A stretch of DNA of 64,000 bases from Eledone cirrhosa (GCA_964016885.1 OZ024741.1:343108001-343172000); one strand, 5' to 3'; numbered from the stretch's first letter, positions 45,461 to 59,919 are shown. Made by a program: numbers and translations. The notes: generated by a model not told the origin, from the letters alone.

Positions 45461-46290
45461 TAAATAAATACAATATCGGAAAAGCTTTTTAGCGATACTC
45501 CGGCCAAATTCCAACTAACTCAACAAACATTAGGAAATAAGTGATTATATTCCCAATTATGTGTTCGGGGTGCTAACTGAAAGTATTGCGTGGAAAATTG
45601 GCTGTATTATTTCAAATGAGACATATCTAATATATCTCTTCCCAGACGGACGTCTCGTTTCATTATATGACTCCTACAATTTTGGTGAAATTATACCAAT
45701 TTATGTAGGAGCTTGTATACCATCAATAGATATATATTCAAGTGGGCTCCTATAATTCATCAGTGGGTGCCCCAATAATACTAATATTGATAATCTAACC
45801 AACATCAGCATTTAGCGATAATCACTTTCTGTGCCTGAGGTATCTGTCAGGTAGCCAGTCCAGCAGTTCTGAAAGAAGTGCTCGAACTGATTCAAAAAAT
45901 GAGGAAGTGAATTACCGCCAAAAAAAAACATACATGCGCGTGACAATGAAGTCTGAAAGGAATTCAGGCCACGTGCTAAGAACTCAATTGGAAATTGAAA
46001 AAATATCTATGTGTGTACAACATTTGATGACACACATATTTTCTCGGGCAAAATAACAGAATGAGATATAAGGAACAATCAATATTCATATATAAAAAAT
46101 AAAACAAAGAAATGCTAACCTTATACCGGGAATTTTTTTCAAATCTGCTGCGCCAAGAGTAAGTAAATAAATACAATATCGGAGAAAGCCTTTTAGCGAT
46201 ACTCCGGCCAAATTCCAACTCACTCAACAAACATTAGGAAATAAGTGATTATATTCCCAATTATGTGTTCGGGGTGCTAACTAAAAGTAT
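45461..46290 (-). mobile_element. Retrozyme-like 703-nt unit with ~125-bp direct repeat and one HHR
   Basis: 45461-45585 repeated at 46164-46290; short (TA)n on both sides; older relative at ~57310-57595 in the opposite orientation. Confidence 0.75.
45641..45767 (-). ncRNA. Type I HHR motif with long stem II and GUC site
   Basis: Minus: CCCA-CTGATGA-ATTATA...TATAAT-GAAA-CG aGACGTC CG-TC-TGGG. Confidence 0.8.
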
Positions 46291-46551
46291 ATATATATTA
46301 CTCGATACCTAGTACTCATTACTCTCACCTGTCAACCACATACGGGTATATGTATGGCCCTTAGCAATAGGTAATTTTCCGGACGTTAAAATGTTGCTGC
46401 TCCCACGGCGGAAAATAAGTGTTTGCCCTATACCTGCGTTCTATCCTCAACTTTGCAAGTTGCCTTCCCCATTATATTTATTGTTACTTATCCTTCTAAT
46501 ACCAAGAATAAGTCTGAACAAGGTTTTAATTTAAGAGAAAATTATATGATA

Positions 46552-46610
46552 CTAGACCACCCGTGACCCGTTGGGTCACGTTCACTTCAAAATATAAAAA
46601 CAAAATCATG
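46552..46610 (-). mobile_element. Helitron-like 3' terminus
   Basis: Minus: hairpin CGTGACCC-aac-GGGTCACG, then GGTGGT-CTAG|T. Confidence 0.6.
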
Positions 46611-47844
46611 TTCACTTAAAAATAATTTTTAAATAATTAAAATATACACCGGCATGTATATAATGTGAAATGAAACTGGAAGGCCCATATATATATATAT
46701 ACGTGTGTGTATGTATATATATATATAAATGTGTGTGTTTGTATACATATATGTACATATATATATGTATATATATATGTATGTATGTATATATATATGT
46801 GGGTGTCTGTATACACTGTCCATATACACACACACTCATATATATATATACACAACAACACAACCAGCTCTCGCTCTTCCATTCTCCTACTCCGTCTCCT
46901 CTCCCTCTCTCTCTATGTCTCTCTTTGAATCTACTGTCTCATAGTCACTATCTCTTTCTCTCTATCTTTCTCTCTCTCTGTTTATGAAAGTACCCAGAAA
47001 ACCCCATATCTCGGGGAAACCGTGATCCAATTTACATGAAACTTGTTTTATTCTATTTGTATTCCCATTTCAGGGGCAACTTCCTTTCAATGTTTTTTCC
47101 AGTTTTGCGCCCTTTTGACTGTATTACATCTTCAAACTTTCACGGTCGATGAGGGCCGCCTTCACTTCGCTAACATTTTGCGTAGATTGGTTTTCTGTTG
47201 GTTGGACTAATCTAGCGGGGTGGGAGCTAAACATTTACAAAGTTGAAAAATAAGGGCCACCCTAATATATATATATCCAGAGAGAGTAACGTGAAGTTAC
47301 TGTAGGTTCACCCAGGTGAGCATGTGTATGCATATCTCCGAATGTCATCTTCAAGTAATCTCTCTCAAGATCAAAGGAAAGTGAACATAACAGATAAATA
47401 TATATAAGAAACAAACATGTATATTAGATGTTGGTCAGTGTGTATATCTTTAGGTTCTCATCATGCATACCATCTCACATACTGGTTGTCCACTACCAGA
47501 CATTCAGAGATTTGCGTATGACTTTCATTGCCTTTTAATCAGTTGATCTCACCGAGTTTCACCGAATTTCATGTCATATTCTATACTAAAAGTACAAACT
47601 CGGCAACATCACCGAATCTTCGTTGTAAATAAAACTTCGCCTCACATGATACTCTACTCTGTTTATCTTCATCTACGTTTTATACAAAATACTCTAAATG
47701 CACACAACCCCCCCCCCCCCCCCTCCTCATCACCACAACATAACAACAAGAAAACGATACTATGCAACTATAAACAGATGAAGTATTATGAAATTGGTCT
47801 GCATATTGTTTTTATAAGACTGAAAATAAAATGTACTCAGAACA

Positions 47845-48042
47845 TGTGATGGCAGAATCGGTAGAGTGTCGGACAACATGCTTTGCAACATAAAGTTACG
47901 GCCTTTTATTTTCTGATTTCAAATCCCACCGAGATTAGCTTTGCCTTTCATAAAATAAAGTACCAGTTACGCACTTGGGTCGATTTAATCGACATTGCCT
48001 TCTCTCAAAATTGTTGGCCCTGTGCCTAAATGAGAAACCATT
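47845..48042 (+). mobile_element. SINE copy
   Basis: SINE consensus with internal deletion. Confidence 0.75.
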
Positions 48043-48464
48043 GTTAAAGTTGATTTTTTCTCTATTACGCTTGTCTGGATGTCCTCAGACGGTATTACAA
48101 AAAGATGTTCAATATGGCGCTTAGAATTGTAATCGAGTGTGTGTATACTACTTCTGGTGTGTCTACAGATACAGTCATGTTTTACTTTGTTTCGTCTTTA
48201 TTTATTTTACTTCGAGTTTCATTTCTCTGTTATAATTCGCTATGGCGAATGTTAGTTGTAATTTCTGCTTGTTTATATTTTGCTGTGTACATTGGTTTGC
48301 TGAGTTAAAGTGGAGTATTTCTCAGTGTTTCAAAGTCTACATTGTTTGGTTTAATTTAATTCCACTGTTGTGTTGACTATTTGAAGCAAATGTGTTCCAC
48401 ATAGTCTTTTAGCCTCCATACTCATTTCAATGTAGCTGTGACATTATTATTAACGTTGAATATA

Positions 48465-48685
48465 GCGGTGAATTGGCAGTATTGGCAGAGCACCACACAC
48501 CATGCTTTACAGCATAGGGTTACGGCTCTTTATGGTCTGAATTCAAATCCTGATGAGGTTAGCTTTGCCTTTCATCATTACGAGGTCGACAAAATAAAGT
48601 ACCAGTAATGCATTTGGGTCAATTTAATCGACTTTCCCCTCCCCACAAATTGCTGGCCTTGTGCCTATAGTATAAATCATTATTA
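48465..48685 (+). mobile_element. SINE copy
   Basis: SINE consensus. Confidence 0.85.
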
Positions 48686-49369
48686 TCAACGTTGAAGGTG
48701 TGGAAGAAGCGGAAACAGCTTGAAATCACCTTTGCACATACTAATATAAGGCTTACCCATGATTTACAAATTTCATTTGCAAAGCCCCGTTCGTTTATCA
48801 TTTGAGGATTTGCCATTTTAATACCCTTCAGTTAGGATATGCCATTCAAAAAGACTATTTAGTCTAACTGTTGCATCTATGAATCTGGTGGTTTCCTACC
48901 GAAATTAGTGCTATATATGTATCTAATTGTAATATTCTATTTTGAATAGAGTCCAGTATGCGTGGCTGGCTAGAGAGTGCTTCTTGATTAAGATAAGTTT
49001 CCAGTTACGTTGAATATTACACCTTCATCGTAGTTGAAATTTACACTTACTGAGTTTGCTCTCATATGGATCAGCAAGTGATCTATCCCTTAAACCCTCA
49101 ATCCCAACATTTCTGTATTGTTCTAATCTAATCTGGCCGAGTTTATACTCGCAAATAAGAAGAATCAGGGCCGCCCCTAGGAGCATTGGATTGGTGTACT
49201 TCATATTTGTTTCGGTTGCTGAATACAATCAGGGGTCGCTGCTTCTCCTGAAGGTCAATAGGTCTCTTCTAACTCGAGCGGGAGCGCCTTTCCATTGTCA
49301 ATTTGCACTGATCATCTGCAAAGCCGCATAGTTTCTGAGAAACACTACACAAATCTTTCGATGCGTGCA

Positions 49370-49521
49370 GCTGGAACTACTGCCGCCCATTGATTTCTAC
49401 AGCTGAGTAATCTGGAACAACGTGAAATAAGGTGTCTTACTCACAACACATCACTTGATCCGAGAATCGAACTCACAACCTTTCGATTGCAACCCGAATG
49501 CTCTAACCACTAAGCCATGCG
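49370..49521 (-). mobile_element. Second tRNA-derived SINE family (CORE/V-domain-like)
   Basis: Minus: TGGCTTAGTGGTTAGAGC..GAGTTCGATTC..GTGAGTAAGACACCTTATTTCACGTTG; homologue at 58500-58640. Confidence 0.7.
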
Positions 49522-50259
49522 TCTATCTATATCTAGATATTGTAATTTAGTTGTTGATACTGAATTTTTCCCGAATTACAATACATCCATGAGCAGAGGC
49601 TAGACGGTGGATAGAAATCTATATTGTGGAATAACATAACTTTACATTTCCTGTTTAAGCTGTACTGTAAAAGCAAACGGCTTTTACACTGCTGTTATTT
49701 TAAAGACTAAGGTCAGGGGTTCTTCTAAATTTATTGTTCAATGTATTTATTTGATTACAGAATTCGTTCTTCACCGAGTTTATCAAATTATATTTCGGGT
49801 TTCTTGTGAAATGTTTGTTGAACTCCCCCAGATAGCTCACGTTTAGTTACACAAAATTAACCCCAATAACGTAGTTAAAGTCAGTTACAGTTACAAAAAG
49901 AATGTCGATGAATGATAATCAGCAATTTATCCTTGTATATATATATATGTGTGTGTGTCTAAGACTGTGTATGTATAAGCATCCACACACATATATATAT
50001 ATATATGTATATGCGCATATATATATGTATGTATATAAATATATATATATATATATATAACGAGGCGTGTATGTTCGCGCGTGAGTACGTTCCTTCGACT
50101 TCTCATTTCTTCAATTTCTTCAGCTGTTGATGAAATACACAGCGTTTCGTAAAGACTTGTTATAAATAACAGTCGACCACTTGTAGGCTAATATAAAATA
50201 TCCCGAACGTACAAGAGGAACGAAGAGAATGAATTTGAGAACAATCACAAAAAGAAAAC

Positions 50260-51160
50260 AAATATCTTAGTGAGGCAGTGAAAATATCTTTTCGGAAAAG
50301 AATAAGGTACAACAAATCTTACTGATGCAGTGAAAATATCTCTTGGGGAAAAAAATAGGGCATAAACAGAAATCTTACTGAGGCAGTGAAAATATCTCAT
50401 GTGAAAAGAATAGGTTGTAAACAAATCTTAGTGAAGCAGTGAAAATATCTCTTGGGAAAAGAATAAGGTACAAAAATATCTTACTGAGGCAGTGAAAATA
50501 TCTCTTGGGAAATGAATAAGGTACAATATATCTTACTGAGGCAGTGAAAATATCTCTTGGGGGAAAAAATAGGGTATAAACAAATGTTACTGAGGCAGTG
50601 AAAATATCACTTGGCGAAAGATTAAGGTACAAACAAATCTTAGTGAGGCTGTGAAAATATCTCTTGGGAAAAGCATAAAGTAGAAACACAAATCTTAGTG
50701 AGGCAGTGAAAATATCTCTAGGGAAAAGAATAAAGTACAATATATCTTAGTGAGGCAGTGAAAATATCTCCCGGGAAAAGAATAAGGTACAAAAAATCTT
50801 ACTGAGGCAGTGAAAATATCTCTTGGGAAAAGAATTAGGTACAAAACATCTTAGTGGGGCAGTGAAAATATCTCATGGCAAATAAATAAGCTGTAAGCAA
50901 ATCTTAGAGAGGCAGTGAAATTATCTCTTGGGAAAAGAATAAGTTGTAAACAAATCTTACTGAGGCAGTGAACATATCTCATGGAAAATGAATAAGGTAC
51001 AAAAATATCTTACTGAGGCAGTGAAAATATCTCATGGGAAATTAATAAGGTACACAAAATCTTACTGAGGCAGTGAAAATATCACTTGGCGAAAGATTAA
51101 GGTACAAACAAATCTTAGTGAAGCAGTGAAAATATCTCTTGGGAAATAAATTAGGTCCAA
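50260..51160. repeat. Minisatellite, about 17 copies of a ~52-bp unit
   Basis: AATCTTA(C/G)TGAGGCAGTGAAAATATCTCTTGGGAAAAGAATAAGGTAC repeated in tandem. Confidence 0.95.
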
Positions 51161-51394
51161 ACCAGAAAATACCTACGGTTTATCTATTACCTAGGCACAG
51201 GTGAGATTGAAATGGCAAATCTTAATTCGTCTTATCTAGGTATTTATTCTATGATTGTGCCGTACAACAAATTAGAAATTTGTTGGGGATTATGAGGCAT
51301 GTCCGTATTAATTAGATACACAGAAAGAAGGAATAAGTTAGAATATACGTATATAAATATATACTATAGAATATATTCAGTCCTCCAAATATAA

Positions 51395-51455
<61 letters not shown>

Positions 51456-51498
51456 TATATATGTATATACATATACATTACATTGTATTTCTGGCTGC

Positions 51499-51586
<88 letters not shown>

Positions 51587-51666
51587 TCATCTATTAATCT
51601 ATTTATCACTCACTCTCTCCCTCTTTCGCCTTATATATATACATATAGGTATGCGTCTCTTTCTCT

Positions 51667-51772
<106 letters not shown>

Positions 51773-52229
51773 CATACATACATAGATACATACATGCATT
51801 CGTGCTTATATATATATATGTGTTTAAACACGCACACTCACATCACACAAAGACATGTGCACACATGAACACATGCTTACACACATACACAGATACACCT
51901 ACACCCGTGTGCAGTCATCATGCACACGCACAGTTTGCATCTTTTAACGACTTCCACTAATAAAGCGTGACGTCTCGTTTCCGCATTAAATATGGAAGCA
52001 CATCTAGTTAAGAAAAGCTCAACATTTTTTTTTCTTCGTATTTTCTTCTATATTCTCTTTAAGTTTACTTTCATTTTGTGCTTCCTAAACCACCACATTA
52101 CATCGCGTGTTCAAAGTGGATGCGAATAATGTTAGGGAGAGGTGTTCTCTATAAACCAAATCACGCAATCCTTGTATATTATAGTAGATACATCACGCTA
52201 CAGAACAGTACAGTGCACTAGAGTACAGC

Positions 52230-52519
52230 ATACATATATAGCCCGACCACACGTATACACACAAACATACATACACACACAAAGGCTTACACATTCAGAC
52301 ACACACCGGCGTACACACACCAGCGTACAGACAAAGGCGTACACACAAAGGCGTACACACAAAGGCTTACACACCCAGGCACACACCGGCGTACACACAC
52401 TAGCGTACACACAACGGTGTACACATATATAGCCCTACTACACATATACACACAAACATACCTACACACACACAAAGGTTTACACATTCAGACACACACC
52501 GGCGTACACACAACGGTGT

Positions 52520-52558
<39 letters not shown>

Positions 52559-52651
52559 CACTACGACATTCACACAATCACAAATACACACATACATACA
52601 CACACAAAGGCTTACACATTCAGACACACACCGGCGTACACACAACGGTGT

Positions 52652-52697
<46 letters not shown>

Positions 52698-53145
52698 CAC
52701 GACATTCACACAATCACAAATACACACATACATACACACACAAAGGCTTACACATTCAGACACACACCGGTGTACAGACACCGGTACACACACACATATA
52801 TATATACACCAAGACATTCACACAATCACAAACATACATACATACACACAACGGCTTACACCCCCAGACACACACCGGCGTACACACAACGATGTACACA
52901 TATATAGCCCTACTACACATATACACACAAACATACCTACACACACACAAAGGCTTACACATTCAGACACACACCGGTGTACACACACCGGTACACACAT
53001 ATATAAACCAAGACATTCACACAATCACAAATATACATACACACACAAAGGCTTACACATTCAGTCACACACCAGTCTACACACACCCGTACACATATAT
53101 ATATAGTATATAAACCAAGACATTCACACAATCACAAATATACCA
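52230..53145. repeat. Complex CA-rich minisatellite; one extra unit at ~59240-59320
   Basis: Recurring CAAAGGCTTACACATTCAGACACACACCGG and GACATTCACACAATCACAAA modules. Confidence 0.85.
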
Positions 53146-53239
53146 AGACATAATGCAATAATACATGGTGATGTAATATTATACTTCTCTATAATTTCTA
53201 TGGCTTTACATTAGTGCAGTATAAGGAATGTTATACGGA

Positions 53240-54488
53240 AAATGGATATGTATATATATATATGTGTATATATATAATAAGGGTATATATGTATGTGTAT
53301 ACATGAATGTGTATGTATGTGTATATATGTATGTGTATATGTGTATGTGAATATATATATGGGTATATATGTATGTGTATATGTATGTGTATATGAATGT
53401 GTATATATATGTGTATATATGTATGGGTATATATGTATCTGTATATATGTATGTATATATATATGTGTATATATGTACGGGTATATATGTATGTGTATAT
53501 ATGTATGTGTATGTATGTGTATATATGTATGTGTATATATGTATGTGAATATATATATGGTTATATATGTATGTGTATATGTATGTGTATACGTATGTGT
53601 ATATATGTATGGGTATATATGTATGTGTATATATGTATGTGCATATATGTATGTGTATATATGTATGTGTATATATGTATGTGAATATATATATGGGTAT
53701 ATATGTATGTGTATATATGTATGTGTATATATGTATGTGTATGTATGTGTATATATGTATGTGTATATATGTATGTGAATATATATATAGGTATATATGT
53801 ATGTGTATATGTATGTGTATATATATGTGTATATATGTATGGTTATATATGTGTGTGCATATATGTATGTGAATATATATGTGTATATATGTATGGGTAT
53901 ATATGTATGGGTATATATGTATGTGTATGTATGTGTATATATGTATGTGTATATATGTATGTGATTATATATATGGGTATATATGTATGTGTATATGTAT
54001 GTGCATATGTATGTGTATATATGTATTGGCATATATGTATGTGTATATATGTATGTGTATATATGCATGTGTATATATGTATGGGTATATATGTATGTGA
54101 ATATATATATGGGTATATATGTATGTGTATATGTATGTGTATATGTATGTGTATATATATGTGTATATATGTATGTGTATATATGTATGTGTATATATGT
54201 ATGTGAATATATGTATGTGTATATATATATGTGTATATATGTATGTGTATATATATGTGTATCTGTATATATATGTGTATGTATGTGTATATATGTATGT
54301 GAATATATATATGGGTATATATGTATGTGTATATGTATGTGTATATATGTATGGGTATATATGTATGTGTATATGTATGTGTATATATGCATATGTATAT
54401 ATGTATGGGTATATATGTATGTGTATATATGTATGTGTATATATATGTATGTGTATATATATGTGTATATATGTGTATATATGTATGT
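53240..54488. repeat. Degenerate (TATG)/(TA)/(TG) array
   Basis: Directly visible. Confidence 0.95.
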
Positions 54489-55096
54489 GTCAGATCACCA
54501 GTTGATGCTACTGGTAACATGTATCCCAGTACAACCTGTCTCATGGTCGGGTCGTTGGCGACTAAACTGGCAACCCCACCAAGGTTTCTTGGTGAGGAGG
54601 GTGGCTTTGGACATCCTGCAGGACTAAAAACAAAACCTGTCAAAAGGCAAAGGGGCTCTTAAGAGTCAATAGCCATCCAAAATCACCGGGAGAGATGACC
54701 CCTTAGCCTTTGTCAAGGCAGAATTCTAGGAGAAGGAAAACTCTGATATAACACCTGCAACCCTGATGGTATCCAATGATGTTGACTTGTTCTTCTTTTT
54801 GGTAAATATCATCTTGGTTAAGAGAGTGGGACTGGCTTTGTGCAGTGCCTTTGCTCACTATAAAAGCTTCACAGCACAGGCATTGCTTTATATCTGGAGA
54901 TCTCTCTGCACTTGTCGTCACATGGCACCATGGGCCCAGCACTATGTGTCAATAATTGTCACAAGTGTAGTGTTTGTACCAGAGTTTTCAAGTCGCTGGC
55001 TGGACTAAAAAGTCACATTCGTTCAGCGCATTGGTAGGGGTTCTCCTACATGGATATAAAGTAGTGGCTGTACTCGAAAACGAGTTGGCAGCCACC
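54489..55096 (+). mobile_element. 608-bp bipartite RTE-derived non-autonomous element, full copy
   Basis: 5'-UTR-like head joined to an RTE C-terminal zinc-finger remnant (HKCSVCTRVFKSLAGLKSHIRSAHW*) and short 3' UTR; TATG-rich flanks. Confidence 0.85.
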
Positions 55097-55706
55097 ATGT
55101 ATATATATATATGTATGTATATGTGTGTGTATATGTATGTGTGTATGTATGTATATATATGCGTATGTGTGTGTATCTATATGTATATATGTATGTATGT
55201 GTGTATGTGTATGTATGTATGTATATGTGTATATGTGTATGTATGTATGTGTGTATGTATATATATGTGTATGTATGTATGCATGTGTGTACGTATATGT
55301 GCATATGTATGTATGTATGTATATATGTGTATGTATGTATATATATATGTATGTGTGTGTGTATGTGTATGTGTGTATGTATATATATATATATATGTGT
55401 ATATGTGTATGTATATGTATGTATGTATATATATGTGTATATGTGTATGTGTATGTATGTATATGTATATGTATATATGTATGTATGTGTGTATATGTGT
55501 ATGTATGTATATATATATGTATATGTGTATGTATGTATATGTGTATATGTATGTATATATGTATGTATGTGTGTATATATGTATATGTATGTGTATATGT
55601 ATGTGTATATATGTATATGTGTATATGTATATATGTGTGTATGTATGTATATATATATGTATGTGTGTGTATGTATGTATGTATGTATATATGTATATAT
55701 ATATAT

Positions 55707-56314
55707 GTCAGGTCACCAGTTGGTGCTACTGGTAACATGTATCCCAGTACAAACTGTCTCATGGTCGGGTCATTGGCGACTAAACTGGCAACCCCACCAA
55801 GGTTTCTTGGTGAGGAGGGTGACTTTGGACATCCTGCAGGACTAAAAACAAAACCTGTCAAAGGGCAAAGGAGCTCTTAAGAGTCAATGGCCATCCAAAA
55901 TCACCGGGAGAGATGACCCCTTAGCCTTTGTCAAGGCAGAATTCTAGGAGAAGGAAAACTCTGATATAACACCTGCAACCCTGATGGTATCCAATGATGT
56001 TGACTTGTTCTTCTTTTTGGTAAATATCATCTTGGTTAAGAGAGTGGGACTGGCTTTGTGCAGTGCCTTTGCTCACTATAAAAGCTTCACAGCACAGGCA
56101 TTGCTTTATATCTGGAGATCTCTCTGCACTTGTCATCACATGGTACCATGGGCCCAGCACTATGTGTCAATTATTGTCACAAGCGTAGTCTTTGTACCAG
56201 ATTTTTCAAGTCGCTGGCTGGACTAAAAAGTCACACTTGTTCAGCGCATCAGTAGGGGTTCTCCTACATGTATATAAAGTAGTGGCCGTACTCTAAAACG
56301 AGTTGGCAGCCACC
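55707..56314 (+). mobile_element. 608-bp bipartite RTE-derived element, full copy
   Basis: Near-identical to 54489-55096. Confidence 0.85.
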
Positions 56315-56699
56315 ATATATGTATGTGTATATATGTATGTATATATGTATGTGTGAATGTATTTGTGTGGTTATATAGTTATGTGGTTGTGTATATATTT
56401 GTGCAATGTGCATGTGTGTATATGTATATGTATATGTATATATTATGTGCATATATGTGTGAATATATGTATGTGTATATGTATATGTCAGTGTATTTGT
56501 GTGGTTATGTAGTTATGTGTTTGTGTTTTTCAGTATATCTGGTTATGGTGTGTACAGGAGTATATATATTTCTATGAGCAGTCTCATTAATATATCGTCT
56601 GGTTGCTAACATATACACCTGCTTTGTGTAATTTTCTATGTATGTATGTATCCATGTAAGTATAGGTATATATATATATTAAAGTATATATATATTTAA

Positions 56700-56745
<46 letters not shown>

Positions 56746-56841
56746 ACACACACGTATATATATATATATACACATATAAACACACACACGTATATATATG
56801 TGCGTGTCTGTGTAAATGGATATATATAAATATATATAAAA

Positions 56842-56912
<71 letters not shown>

Positions 56913-57697
56913 TATTTCCAGATACTTTTTAGGTATGACTTTCCGTATTTATTCTTTGTATGAAATATTGATTGTTCTTCCGGTATCTTATCTCTGTTTT
57001 TAGCCTAAGAAAATACCTATATGCGTGTATAAATAATACATGCATATATTTATCTTTTTATATCCAATTGAGTTCTTCACGCATGGTCAAAATTATTGAA
57101 AGAATTAATTGACCCGCGTGCATATTATTTTATTATTTGCGATGACCTCCCCTCTCCGCTTGATGGCAGTGTGAGATCTCTCATTGTGAGACTACTGGAA
57201 TTTCAAATTTGGCGGTAATTCTAGCGCACAGGGGTACCATCGCTGAACATTAATATCGATAAGGTTTTTTTTTTTTTTTTTTTTCATATCGATATTTGTC
57301 GATTTATAAGTGCCCACCTATATATATTCCTACGGACTATGTGTAGGCTTCTACATAACCTGGACATTATTTTCCCAATTTGTAGAAAACTTATAATGAA
57401 ACGATCGTTTGGAAAGAGAGATGTATTTTAATTATGTCTCATATAAAATAATACAACTGGCTATCCGCAAAATACGTATAGTTAGCACCCCAAACGTAAA
57501 ATTGGGATTATACTAAGGTATATCCTAATGTTTGTTGAGTGAGACGGAAGCCGGTCGGAGTATTGCTTAAAGCTTTCTCTGTTAATGTATTAAATATATA
57601 TATATATATATATACACATTTACACAGACACGAAGCTCCAACCGATAAGGTTGTTTTTTTTCCGGGTATGTCAATATTTATTTATAAAACAAATCTG

Positions 57698-57763
57698 TAT
57701 TTTATCTGATGAAAGCGCACCATAATTTGCCTTGGTTGCCTTTGAAACATGTATAATAGAATA
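57698..57763 (+). ncRNA. HHR motif, partly degenerate (family of 21201 and 33424)
   Basis: TATTTTAT-CTGATGA-AAG..CTTT-GAAA-CATGTA-TA-ATAGAATA. Confidence 0.55.
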
Positions 57764-58499
57764 AATATCGTTTTATAAATATAGTTTCCATTCATTAATA
57801 TATTGTATATTTACTCCACTAATCTGTTGAGTGGTTTATATCAGTTATAAAAATGTTTAAGCTTGTTGAATCCCAACAAATAAAATATAACCTCTACATA
57901 TATATATATATATATATATATATGTTATAGTTGCAATTGACTAATAAGTCAATGCCCATATGAGTCTGTGAGTATTGATTTATTATTTTCTAGATCATAC
58001 AGGCAGTCCTTATGTTGTTGAATTAAGATTTTTCACTCTAGCGATCTTATTAGTCAATTGCAACTATAACATGTAAATGTTCATCAAATATTAATTTATA
58101 CTGCTCAGAAGCAATTCCTAGAGCTGAAATGATTGTAAATGACCTCTCTGAGTCTAAACTCTAAGCTATTTATATATATATATGTAAACATATATATATA
58201 TGTGGTGTGCGTGTGTATGTGTGAGTGTAATTGGAACACTCAAATATATTTACAAATATGTATGCAATATTGAACACACAAACACACATGGACATACACA
58301 CATATATGTTAATGATAAACACGAGTACAAATACAGGAAATATCCAAATAGTGCCTACACCGGATAGGGATCGCACACACGTCTATTATATATATAATAT
58401 ATATATATATATATAAATATATCTTTAACGATCGACTTTCGTGAAATCGGACCGAGGAAACAATGCTTCCACTGGTCTTTCCAGTTGCTAATACTATCT

Positions 58500-58637
58500 A
58501 TCGGTCGCAACTCCAGGTAGAAGGAGCAACGTGAAATAAAGTGTCTTGCTCAAGGAGAACGCATCGCCCGGTCAGGGAATCGAACTCACAACCTCACGAT
58601 TGCGAATCCGATTCTCTAACTCCTCAGCCACATGCCT

Positions 58638-58640
<3 letters not shown>
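58500..58640 (-). mobile_element. CORE/V-like tRNA-derived SINE
   Basis: GTGAAATAAAGTGTCTTGCTCAAGG..GGAATCGAACTC on the + strand. Confidence 0.75.
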
Positions 58641-58712
<72 letters not shown>

Positions 58713-59338
58713 ATATATATATATATAAAAATATGTTGACATACATATATATATATACATATATATACATATATGTATATCCATACACACACATATATAT
58801 ATATTCATACACACTCACACACATGTGTGTGAGTGTGTGTGTGTGTGTGTGTGTATCTGTATGTGTGTCTCTGTGTGTGTGTGAGTGTGTGTAACATTAT
58901 GCCAGCCAAACTACTTGCAGCACACAATAAACTCATACACTCTAATAAAGACACATACACACATTACTATTTCCAGTGCAACACGACATAGACATATACA
59001 TACGCAAGCTGTATACATACACTCTTGGAAATAATAATTGCGTACAATGGTCCTCACATACTAATATATAGATATATACACACAGCAAACACACACTCAT
59101 ATAGAACATTCCGAATAAGCCATACATACAAAAGGCACACACCTTTACGTTATAAAGCTTATATACACCACTTAAACTTATATACACCATATAAACACAG
59201 AGAAACGAAGAATCCTAACGTACACATGTATATATATATACACCAAGACATTCACACAATCACAAACATACCTACACACACAAAAAGGCTTACACACTCA
59301 GACACACACCGGTACACAAGACAACATATATTCTGACT

Positions 59339-59393
<55 letters not shown>

Positions 59394-59406
59394 GTATATA
59401 TATATC

Positions 59407-59437
<31 letters not shown>

Positions 59438-59438
59438 G

Positions 59439-59509
<71 letters not shown>

Positions 59510-59572
59510 GTATATATATATATGTATATATTTATATGTATATATATATATATGTATATATATGTATATATA

Positions 59573-59618
<46 letters not shown>

Positions 59619-59876
59619 GGAAAAAATGAAACGAAATTTCATTTCCCACTCTTAGTACGGCTGTTACTTAAATATAAGTATGAACACGTACATACATATA
59701 TGTATACAGACGTACAGTAGTATGTATATATACATACATGCACACATATATATATGTACGTATGGATTCACCGAACATTTATTATAATGCCCGGTGTGTT
59801 TGTAAACAAACATCCCGTTTTAAAGCCGTAGTGTCTAGCAACCATCGTTGCTCGTTTGTTCAACACTGACAACGGA

Positions 59877-59919
59877 ACGCTGTACTAGTTTCAAGCTTAT
59901 TAGCTATCGTCAGCAACGT
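59877..59919 (-). ncRNA. Minimal type I HHR motif
   Basis: Minus: ACGTTG-CTGACGA-T AGCT aata AGCT T-GAAA-CTAG-TA-CAGCGT. Confidence 0.82.

Noticed and set aside
48550-48560. CTGATGA as an HHR core
   Set aside because: Chance mutation of the SINE motif CCGCCGAGG; no stems or GAAA partner
48850-49330. LTR-retrotransposon RT remnant (KLSKCKF)
   Set aside because: Single short motif with no supporting RT motifs
50260-51160. CRISPR-like array or tandem hammerheads (CTGAGGC..GAAA)
   Set aside because: The 'spacers' are homologous to each other, the context is eukaryotic with no cas genes, the core is not CUGANGA and there is no stem II
54955-55035. Host C2H2 zinc-finger gene
   Set aside because: Single finger inside a dispersed repeat present three times; it is the RTE ORF C-terminal remnant
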